From an uncultured Tateyamaria sp. (lineage in GTDB: Bacteria; Pseudomonadota; Alphaproteobacteria; Rhodobacterales; Rhodobacteraceae): DNA of 64,000 nucleotides. Of this stretch, positions 41,250 to 51,200 are shown one piece after another. A program made the translations under genes and the position numbers. The notes beneath the pieces were generated by a model that ran no database searches, was not told the DNA's origin, and saw only the letters and a list, made by a program, of their open reading frames with translations. Location: contig NZ_CANNGP010000006.1 in NCBI RefSeq assembly GCF_947504105.1, forward strand, positions 30,399 to 94,398, read 5' to 3'. Each line of letters opens with the position of its first letter. Position 1 is the stretch's first letter.

Positions 41250-44200
41250 TCCCGGTCAGAACTTGAGACGCGTCGCCCGTCCGGCGCTATGATCTCAAAC
41301 GTGATGCTGCGGATGTCCTTGCGGGCAAACACGGTGATCCCGGTGCGGGCGCCAACCTTCTGACGGTTTGCGACGTAAAGCGGTGCCTGCGCGCCAGACG
41401 TGGACGGCAGACCACCGATGGGCACCTCATCCAGCGGCGCTTCGTATACCAGGTTCCGCCCATCGGTCTTGAACTGAGACGCTGGCCGGTTCGTTCCAAG
41501 ATCCAGAATCGGGCCCGGACGTGGTTCGAACGGTCGTGGAATGCGGAAGCCCGGAGTCGGCTCTGGTGTGTCATCAGGCAGTCTGCCAAAACGGCCCAGT
41601 CCGCCGGGCAACTCGCGCAGATCGCGGAACCGATCCGTTCCAAGGATACCACCGCCACCCGATGTCGGCCGAATAACGATCCGCACGCGGTGCTCCAGCG
41701 GTCCTGCCACCGGCGCATCGGTGGTCACGAAATACACAGTGCCCCGGCCTGATATGCTGAAACTGTCGACTTCGCTAAGATCAGGTAGCGGAACAATCGA
41801 CCCTTCGCCAAAGCTGACGGCACGTTCAGTCACCCGTCCGAGAGGATCAGTCATCCGCAGAAGTATGCTGCCTGCGGGCAGCGTATTCGGTCGCCGTACG
41901 AACAAGCGATAGTTGCGATCAAGCCCGTCCGGCACGCGCCAAAGCGCAGTTTGCGTCATCTCGGGCACTTCGGGAACAAGTTCGAGCGGCGTGGCACCGG
42001 GCTGCTTTTGGCCCGGGTTCAAAGGATCTTCGCCAGCATCCGGCGCGATTGTGTAGTAATGGAGATGCGGTTCGCCCTCCAAACGCACCTCGGCTGACAG
42101 GGTATGCGGGCCAAGCGTGGTGGGTGTGATCGGCGCATTGGAGGCCATCGATACAAGTATGTCACCCAGATTGCCCCCGCCTGGCCATGTCAGGATTGGC
42201 GGTGTGAGCTGTGGCGGATCGTTCGGTGGGATTACAACCGGAACCGCCGGAGATGACCGCCCGCGACCCTTGCGGACGCCGCGTTGTGCGTCGTCCAACC
42301 CCCACGCAATCGCCCGATACCATTGCGGCTTCCATGAGCCGCCCGGAGCGTCCTCACCGGTGATGCCCGTGATCCACGTTTCGGTGCCATTCGTGTCAGT
42401 CCCCACCATCCAATCGGCAGTGCTACCAGTAAGCGACACCATTGGCGGTCCCATGCTGTCAATCTGGCGTGCCGCATCCGCGACCCGCGTGCGATAGAGA
42501 TCGATACCCCCTGGACGCGCACCTGAACTTGCCCGCGTTTCGACCCGAATACGAGCGGCAAAACCTCCGGGTGTTTCGATCCTTTGCGCCTCGATCGTTG
42601 GAGGGGCCGGTGTTGCGATGCGTGGTGCCACAAAGGGAACCATCGCTTTGTCTGCGTCTGAGCCAGCGGGCCACGGACCTTCGACACCGCCAGCGCTGAC
42701 CGGGATCACCACAAAGAGGTGAATAGCCTGCGATCCACGTGGCAAGGCAACATCCAGATTGGTACCGGTCAGCAAAGTCTTGTTCACGCGGTTGAAATCC
42801 CGGCGGTCGGGGGAAGCAGTGAAAGCATTCTTGAGCGTGGTGAGGCGCGTGCTGAGGGTCACACCCGGCAGTGCTTCGGGTATGTCACGGGCCGCCAGCA
42901 TCCGGGTTTCAGTGCTTTGATACAGCACGTAGCCTTCTGCACCGGGCACGGATTGCCATTCAACAATCGCATGGCATTCGCCCTTCGCATCCGGCAGGCT
43001 GGCCAGTCGTACAACATCGATCACCTGCGTTGGTCGCGAGCGTGGATCAGATGCGTAGGTCAGTTTGCTGCGCGGTCCAAAGCTACCGACACGGCCCGGT
43101 GCTAACGCCTCGCGCAGCCGCGCCCGCATCGCCAGTCCGACATGCCGCGTACCATTGTAGTCGAGCGAGAATCCCGGGATCGTCACGCGGTACCTGCGCG
43201 CGTGCCCCTGGCTGGAAAATCCCGGTGCGGCGACCTCTGCATCGCCTTGGGCGTCTAAGCTGATGACGTTGGCGGCCCCGTCAAGACCCGGAACGCTGGG
43301 ATCGTTGAGAGAAGGCACATCACCCGCGAAGGTGATGAACACGTTCTGTGCCGCACCGCCGATGGTTTTTTGCAACCCACCTGGTAAACCACCCGGCTCG
43401 GGATCGTGGCGTGTTGCCGCCGCAAACAAACGCCCGACAAAATCGACCCGGGCGACTGAACGCACACGCCAATCCACGACAAATTCAACAACAAGGTCCG
43501 CCGGGCACACTGTACCGCTGCCAGTATCAATGGGCCGCAGTTCCGCTGATATGATGTTGACGGTGTCAGGTTCAGGTTGCGTGGTCGAAAACGGCTGCGT
43601 GGACCACGGGCTCCAGATCCCAAAAAGGTTCTGGTTGGCCAAACCATATTGTGCGCTAACCGAGCCCGGCGCGTTCGGAATGACAAAGCCAGTATCCGAT
43701 GCCGATTGCCGAGGATACTCCGGATCCTGGCGGTTCTCGTTGTTTCCAATGGGCATAAGACCCTTGCCGGACGGGCGTCGTTCCATCAACGGGGTGGCAG
43801 GGCCGACAACACCCCCCTCGGCACGTCCAAACGCAAAGCTCGAGACAGAGTTGAAGTTGTCGAGAGGCAGGCGTTCCCAACTTGCACGGCTGGTGGCGGT
43901 CCAATCCCCATCTGGCGCGACCGGTCTTTGATGAGCAAGGAAATGCAGGCGCAGATCGGTGGGTGGAATGGGGCGGGTCACACGCCGCGGGCGGGGAATG
44001 ATCGTGGCCAGTTCCAGCGGTTCGCTTTGCCCGTCCAGCCCACGATGCCAAAGGCCGGTCACCATGAAATCATAGTCGGCCATGTCCGGCGAACCGAGCA
44101 AGCTTATTGCGCCAAGGTTGATCGGGTCCAGATCAACGTAAGGATAGCCCGTACCGAACCCCATCAGCACGGATTGCATCGGATCGGTTGCAACAGCCAT

Positions 44201-45223
44201 CTGCATCAACTTGACAGACGATATCCGCGCCTCGCCATCATCCGCGGGCATCGTATCACCATTCGCGTTTTGCGGTGGGTTGATGGCGTGGCGGTCCAGA
44301 ACGTCGGCCTGCTGGTTTGGCGGCGCCTGCATGGCCGTGTGCAACATATCGAGCAGCGTCTTGTTGGCATCGTCGATCATACCATCAAGGTCCGGCACCT
44401 CCCATGCCGGGGCAGTGTCGCCCGTGGGAAAGGTTGGATACCAACCAAACGGGTTAATTCCGCGCGAAAATCGCTGTTTTGCAGCCTCTTGCGCCGGTAA
44501 TTCCGCCCCGACAAGACCCTGATCCTTGCCATGCACTTGACCGTCGAGATCGCTGAACTCACTTGGATCAACGGGCAATCCAACCGTTTCAATCAGCTCC
44601 CATCCGTCGACCTTTTCCGCCTGCGACAAGCCTTCGCCAAATGCAGACACCTCCTGACCGTCCGCGCCGCCGATCAGAACGGCCGTAATGAATGGCGCAT
44701 AAAAGCGATACGTGCGCTCACCATTTGCTGGAATGTTCAGGCTTTCGAACCCGAGCATGTTTTCGAACCCGACGCCGTTCGCCAAGGGCACGATTGTAAC
44801 GCCCAATGCGGGGCCCGTGCTTTTGACCCGGACGGTAATCGACATGACCGGTTCGGTGAATTGATGCACCGTGCCCAATGGAGGAAGTGTGATCCTGTTT
44901 GTCAGCACTGGTTCAGGGCTCTGCAACAATGGGAAAGCGACCCGACGCCAGACCTTGAACGGTTCAGAAGGTAAACCGACACCGGGGTTGACCTGCCAAC
45001 GCAGAAACACCGCCAGAACACGATTGCCAAAGTCCTTGAGGTCAAGGCCCTGCGGCGCGGAGCGCGTGGGCCGGAATGTCTCGTGCGTGGCGAAGGAGTT
45101 AACAGATGGCCCAGAAGTGCCTGTTACCACCTCATTTTCATCCGCAAAGGGACGCAGCAAAGAATCCGCAGTGATCATCGCACCCTGACCACGGAACAAA
45201 TAGGGGCTGAATGTGCGGTTCAT
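41246..45223 (-). CDS. giant-operon protein B (1325 aa), unknown function; contains Fn3-like segment
   Basis: Uninterrupted 4.0 kb ORF. The AGGAGG RBS overlaps the TAG stop of the upstream ORF (GATTAGGAGGGACCGATG, 45223-45240). Fn3-type signature ECHAIVEWQSVPGAEGYVLYQS at aa 749-770. Confidence 0.85.
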   Translation of the reverse strand: MNRTFSPYLFRGQGAMITADSLLRPFADENEVVTGTSGPSVNSFATHETFRPTRSAPQGLDLKDFGNRVLAVFLRWQVNPGVGLPSEPFKVWRRVAFPLLQSPEPVLTNRITLPPLGTVHQFTEPVMSITVRVKSTGPALGVTIVPLANGVGFENMLGFESLNIPANGERTYRFYAPFITAVLIGGADGQEVSAFGEGLSQAEKVDGWELIETVGLPVDPSEFSDLDGQVHGKDQGLVGAELPAQEAAKQRFSRGINPFGWYPTFPTGDTAPAWEVPDLDGMIDDANKTLLDMLHTAMQAPPNQQADVLDRHAINPPQNANGDTMPADDGEARISSVKLMQMAVATDPMQSVLMGFGTGYPYVDLDPINLGAISLLGSPDMADYDFMVTGLWHRGLDGQSEPLELATIIPRPRRVTRPIPPTDLRLHFLAHQRPVAPDGDWTATSRASWERLPLDNFNSVSSFAFGRAEGGVVGPATPLMERRPSGKGLMPIGNNENRQDPEYPRQSASDTGFVIPNAPGSVSAQYGLANQNLFGIWSPWSTQPFSTTQPEPDTVNIISAELRPIDTGSGTVCPADLVVEFVVDWRVRSVARVDFVGRLFAAATRHDPEPGGLPGGLQKTIGGAAQNVFITFAGDVPSLNDPSVPGLDGAANVISLDAQGDAEVAAPGFSSQGHARRYRVTIPGFSLDYNGTRHVGLAMRARLREALAPGRVGSFGPRSKLTYASDPRSRPTQVIDVVRLASLPDAKGECHAIVEWQSVPGAEGYVLYQSTETRMLAARDIPEALPGVTLSTRLTTLKNAFTASPDRRDFNRVNKTLLTGTNLDVALPRGSQAIHLFVVIPVSAGGVEGPWPAGSDADKAMVPFVAPRIATPAPPTIEAQRIETPGGFAARIRVETRASSGARPGGIDLYRTRVADAARQIDSMGPPMVSLTGSTADWMVGTDTNGTETWITGITGEDAPGGSWKPQWYRAIAWGLDDAQRGVRKGRGRSSPAVPVVIPPNDPPQLTPPILTWPGGGNLGDILVSMASNAPITPTTLGPHTLSAEVRLEGEPHLHYYTIAPDAGEDPLNPGQKQPGATPLELVPEVPEMTQTALWRVPDGLDRNYRLFVRRPNTLPAGSILLRMTDPLGRVTERAVSFGEGSIVPLPDLSEVDSFSISGRGTVYFVTTDAPVAGPLEHRVRIVIRPTSGGGGILGTDRFRDLRELPGGLGRFGRLPDDTPEPTPGFRIPRPFEPRPGPILDLGTNRPASQFKTDGRNLVYEAPLDEVPIGGLPSTSGAQAPLYVANRQKVGARTGITVFARKDIRSITFEIIAPDGRRVSSSDRD

Positions 45224-45232
45224 CGGTCCCTC

Positions 45233-48200
45233 CTAATCCTCTTCCCAAGGTGCGCGGGTCAGATCGGTAGCAACGATCTCGATCTCAACATCGCTGGCGA
45301 ACCCTTCGTCGAGATACGGCTCGGCAAAGGCCTTGCGCACCATGTTCAGCCGCAAGCTCTGGCCCCGCGCACCCGGTTTGAGAGTGATCAAGGCGCGCTG
45401 CGTGCCGGGTGAAAACAGAATCTTGTCCACGAGATCATCCGAAGAGGCGCTTTCCGCGATGGACAGCCACGGCGTCGCTTCCAGCTTCCAACGGGTTGTT
45501 GCAATGCCATCGGGATCTTCTTCTGTTACTTCCTGAGGCAGCGGACGTGTCCGGTGCATCGGCTCGCTCGCGTCCAGAATGATTGCTGCCGGTTGCGGAT
45601 CGGCCGCCGGGTTCGCTTGTTCCCAGAAGACAATCACGCGAGCCGCTCCGGGTACATCCATCGGTTCCAGCCCCGCGCCGATCAGTTCTTCGTCCAGTTC
45701 TGGCCCCATGGTCGTGAGCAGGGTTTGCCCCGGCACGATTCCATCAAGCGCACGACCCGCAAAACGTGGATTGTTGCCAATTGCCTGCAACATGCCCGCT
45801 TCGACAAATCTGTGCTCTGTCACCGTTGCCTGAACATCGCGGGCAAAATCCTCGGTCAGACCGAATTGCCCGGTCGAGAAGTTCAGCCGGTACACCCGAT
45901 CGCCGACTGTGCCCGCATCCGCACCGATATCGACGGACTCAATGTTCATGACATAGTCGGTGTAGGGATCAAGCGGGATGGGCAGCTTGACCATCGAATG
46001 GCGCACCCTTTCCCCATCCACCGGAACGCAGGGGCCGGTTTCCGTGATCACATCCTGTAGCACGGCTTCGAACGGCGACAGGACGTGAGCCTGAACGTTT
46101 TCAAGCGTTCCAGCGTCAATCGGCACAGGGTGTGGCAGACCGGGTTCGTCCACTTGCTTGAACGATGCCGCCTTGAGCCGCACCCGCAATTCCTTGCCAT
46201 AGGCTGCGAACAGTTGATCCACGGCGTTCGTTGCAAAGACGACGCGGGGTGCATCAAGGCCGAACACATGTGCTTCTCCCTCGGCAGGCAAGGTGCAAAG
46301 AATCCATGGATCAAGCCGCTTGGGCGCCTCTGCATCTGTGCGGAACCAGAACTCCGCCGTCTGCTCGGCCGCGTCGCTTTCCGCACCTTCATCGTCACGG
46401 ATGCGCACATCACTTCGGCACGTTACGCGGTAGACGGAGTCGGGGAACAACAGCGCGACATCGGCGCTTTGTGGCCCTAGGAATTCTTCGATTGCATCGC
46501 GATCTTTTTGAATTTCCGTCGTGTCATATTCTTCGCGCTCAGCCTCACTTAGGCGGGTCAACTCGATCGCGCCGACATAAAACGGACGACCTTGCTGTTC
46601 GAAGCGGCTGGCTTGCTTCTCATCCAGATACAAAACACCAATCCGGAACCGATCCGTTCCTTCTGGCGGTTCCAGCTTAACACAGACCGGTTGGCGTGGT
46701 GACAGGCGCGATTGGCCGTAAAGAACGGTGTGGTACACATCCTCGAACCATGGGCCATTCACATCTGCCCAGCGCGGCGGGACGCTGGTTACGGACAGCA
46801 GATCAGACACCCGTACAGGACGTACGTCCAGGACGTTGCCGCCGTCATCAAGGAAGTGGATCATCAGGCCGCGGCCTGTTCCCTGATCATCGTTCAAAAG
46901 ACCGCGGTTGACCCACATCAGCACATGGCCCGCGAGGATGGCACCGCTGTCGACCTCAATGACGTCCGACAATGGCCCGTGTTTGACGCCCATTTCGGAC
47001 AGTCTGTCGGCGACCTCACCCGCGCGGCTGACATCGCCAAAGATCACCGGTTCTCCGGTATCCCAAAACGGTGACGCCAGCACGCGCCCCGGGCATTGCG
47101 GCTCATCTACCTGAGGCCCGCCGGGCACATGGGTAGCATGTGTTGCGGGGCCGTTCGTAACACTCAGCAACGTGCTGCGGGTGATCGATATCCCTTGTGC
47201 CACACGTCGTGCAGCTTCGCCCAAGTCAAGACGTTCGGCAGTCAGGGTGTCTACTGTGGCTGCAGAGCCAAAGGACCCGATCACCGCACGGTCCACCAAG
47301 GCGCGCTCGGCCAGACGACGCGTCCGCCCGGTCAAGGTCGCGGTCGCAACATCGCCATCGCTTGTCGCCCCACGGTTCAATGTACCGGCGCCCAGCGACA
47401 AAGCGGGGTTCAGGCGGCGCGTTGTTATGCCTGTATTCAGGTCCAATTCCGCCGGATCGAGCGCGTCAGACAAATTACGCAGACGACCCGTGTCTATGGT
47501 CAAATCCAGCGGACGTCCGGTGATATCACGGCCGACAAAACCGCGCGTTGGTGGGACGTCATCCTGAAACTCAGGTGCGCAATCCACAAGCCCGCCCTCG
47601 ACGACCGCCGGAACGATGCCGCGCAACTGGTCCAAACTCGGGTCCCCGGACCGCCACGTTTCATGCACATGCAGCGCCCGGTCTGCATCCGCTGACCGGG
47701 TTGCATCTTCTGGATCAGGCCACGCAATACCGGTCAGGTCCCATCCGCTCGGTGATGGCCCAAGCCGTTCATTGGAAAATGTCCAGAGCACAGGCGCTGC
47801 CGGCGCGGCAGGGTTACAGACCCGCCCCCAACGCTCACGAATGGTTTCTTCCAGGATCTCAGACCGTTCCAGCGCCTTGGGCGCCGGGTTCGGTGTCCAG
47901 TTGAGCAGTGACAGATGTGTTGTCAAGTTTTCACCATCCGGCGGCTCAAGCGTCCACCAGGTTGATGGCGTGTTGCCCGGCATCACGGCGTCAGCTGATC
48001 CGACACGTTCAAGCGTGACATCGGTCATCGTGTAGCAATAGGCAAAGTCACCCCGCCCGATGAACCCACCCGCTGGCGCGCCCGTGCTTCCACCCGGTGC
48101 GTCGCCCAGCGGCATGATTCCACCGTCCAGCGCAGGCATCGCAAGGCTCAGCACCGGGATTGCATCGATTGGGACGACAGGCATTTCGCTGTCGGCGGGT

Positions 48201-51200
48201 TGGCTGTCACCACGCGGCATATCACCGATCTTGCTGTCGATGCCGCGATCCACGCCCGTCCCCTCGGCCAACGCCGGCGTACGGCTGACCAGTACTGCGC
48301 CAGCAAACAAGTCGGGCGGTGGCGGCAGGATTTTCGAATCCTCGCCAATATGGAAATCGACACAGCCCTTGATCGAGAAGAAGAACAGGTCAAGCTCGCC
48401 ACAGACCTCACCATCAATGCGGCTGACCTGCGTACCGTCAGCACGTTCGCCAACCTGCGCTGACAGGGCAGCGGATGCCGACAAGCTGATGATGAACAGC
48501 TTTAGCTCGCCCCGCAGATACAACAATCCGCCAACATAGAAAGGTTGGAACCCGATGATGGCGTTAAAGCCCGCAGTCACCTTCAGATACAAGTTGATCG
48601 AGGTGTTGCCCCAGATGATCGACACCTCAAGGCCTGCAGCGATGCCAAACCCGTTGACCTGGCTGAGAGCAGGGAGGTTATTGCCGGGCGGCTGGTAGCT
48701 GGGAATGCCATGTCCAGAGAACATGACATATCCGGACCCATCAAAGGCCCCGAGGATCGACGCACGAATGGGACCCGGCAGCGGATTGCCTTGCAGGTCA
48801 CTGCCCTCGAAACTGCCCAGATAGATATGCCAGAACTTACCGTCCTTGAGGTTGAAGAATGCCTCGATCGGGATCTTGATCTCGACCAGCGGGTCGATGG
48901 TGAAATCAATGGAAATCCCGATGGTCAGCGTGCCGCGGCCAAAGTCGAGATCGATGACACAAAGGAACGTGCCTTCTGCATTCTTGTCCTTGAGTGCAGG
49001 CAGCACAGCCAAGAGGTTCGCCTTAACCACCAGCAGAACGCGCGGGCCGGGCAGCTCCAGCATGAACATGCCCTTGACGTTGAAAATGATCGGGCTGCCC
49101 ATTGTGCCCAGCGTAATGCCGACACCGAAGGCCCAGCTATCTACGTTGGTTTTCCAAGCTTGCAGGTTCGTGGGGTCCCCGTTGGCGCGGTTCTTGAGCC
49201 ATTCCAGTGCAGGGGTGAGAGATGTGATGCCGTCTTCGTCGCGCGCGTAGTGCATGGCGAACAGGCCGACAAAGCCATAAATGCCGAACCCTGACTGGGC
49301 GAGTGGGATGGCGACAGGCAACTCGACTTCCAATGCAACGGCGACGCCTGTTGCCGGGCCACCGGACGCTTCGGATATTTGCGCAACAGCAATCTGCGCG
49401 GCGATGCGCATCTTGACCGGGATCAGCCTAACGTCGATCCCGCCCTTGATCTCGGTCCCCTCAGCCCCGTCGTTGAACTCCATGTAGCCGGAGCCTTCCA
49501 GTACACCCGGTACTTTCAGGCCCGCGCCGAACGCCGTTAGTTCTGGCGCGCCCAGCGGATCTATCGGCATGCGCACGCGGGCGCGGTCCACTGAGACAAC
49601 CCCAAGATCGATGGCAAAACCAAGATCGATCTCGAAACTCAGCGGGTTGGTGCGCGCGATGCGAGCGCCAAGCACCTGAAGGATCTGACCCAGCGGATCG
49701 GCTACACGGATTGCTCCGGGGCCGGACACATCGATGGAATATCCCTTGGAGCTGTCAAAGACAGGCCGAAACTCGAACTTTCCGCCGCCGCCCGGTGGTT
49801 CACCAAAGCTCAGGCCGATGGCCTTGTACCGCACGGCCAAGGGCGTATCGCGCGGGATTTCCAACAGCGGATCACCGCCGCCGAAGGCAATGTTGACCGA
49901 AACCGCAGTCTCAACATCAAACAGGAAGCTCATCTGCCATCTGTCGCCTTGTCGGCGGAACGCCCCTTCGCCACCAAACAGAATGACACGTTCGATGTTG
50001 AAAAAACCCGCTGATGCGAGGCCAGTGGCCACTCCGATGACCGCCGCCGACGCCACAATCGGTGCCACACCGCCATCAGCCGGGTTGGCAGGCGCAATCT
50101 CGGACAACAGCGGGGTGAAGATGGTCGTCATCCCCAATAGGTCACGCCCGAAGTTCTTAGGTTCCAGCGCCTGCCCGGGCAGTTGCCCAGTCATCACAAG
50201 CCCATCTTTGTCCGCCGGATCCGCCCCAATATACAGCTTCACCTCGTCAGTCTGGCTGGCTGGGTCAGTCTGGTAGAGGAACAGGAAGTCGGTGATGCCA
50301 TCGGCCGGGTTATTGCCAACGCCGCGTATATCGTCGGGCGTTTCCCCTGCCCCGCCACGCTGCAGCGCGCCCTCGATACCGGTTTGGAAATCGATCTGGC
50401 CTGACAGCTCCAAGGCCACGAACTGGTTTCGAATGATCCGAACCTTCAATCGGGCCGAACGGAACCAGTCCGGCGTCGCCGGCTCACTGGGTGGGGTGTC
50501 TGTGACCTCGGGCGGGGGCGGTGGCTCTGGTACATCGGGGCGGCGGACATCTCCGGTGATCACTTCGCCCGGAAGATTAACAAGGAACCCGGTGATTTCG
50601 GCGTTCCACCACTGTGAGCGGTTTGGCTCACCTTGGGTCTTCCAGACATTCTCTCGCCAACTGATTGGGAAGCTGGCACCGCTGGGTTCATCCACACCAG
50701 TGAAATCAGGGTTAAAGCGGTCATTCAAAAGCGCACGCAACCCCTCGGCCCGACGCTGGCTTAGCAGCCAGTTATACTGCGCCTTTCCGTCATCTCCGTC
50801 ATAGCTGGCTGTGCCTGTAATCGTGATGTCGCGGGGATTGATGCGTGACAGAATGTCGGCATAAGCCGTGTCAAAGGGATCGGCGGTCGTGCGCCAATCC
50901 GAATCCTCGTCCGCAATAAGGGCCTGATCATCCCGGATGTTCCCGGCAACCTTCGAATAGCTGAGCGGGTCATTCTTGGGCGGCGTGTCGTAACGGAAGT
51001 ACGCCGTCAAAGACGAGATGTTGTCATCTGGTGTGCGTGCCTCGATCGTGCGGCTTTGGCCACCGGAAACATCCACATCGACAGAGCTGCCAACACTGGC
51101 TGGTCCTCCGTCAATGACCCATTCGGTATTTGGCGGAACAGTCGCGCCGGCCAGACTGACGCGCACTGTTCCCGCCTGCCGGTTGTCATTCAGCAGCACC

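Noticed and set aside
43577-44500. Plus-strand ORFs inside the giant operon: 307 aa at 43577-44500, 249 aa at 48545-49294, 251 aa at 51056-51811, 222 aa at 43263-43931, and others.
   Set aside because: They have the same shadow-ORF composition (R/P/G/H-rich). They are far shorter than the uninterrupted 3-7 kb minus-strand frames, which carry RBSs and translational coupling.
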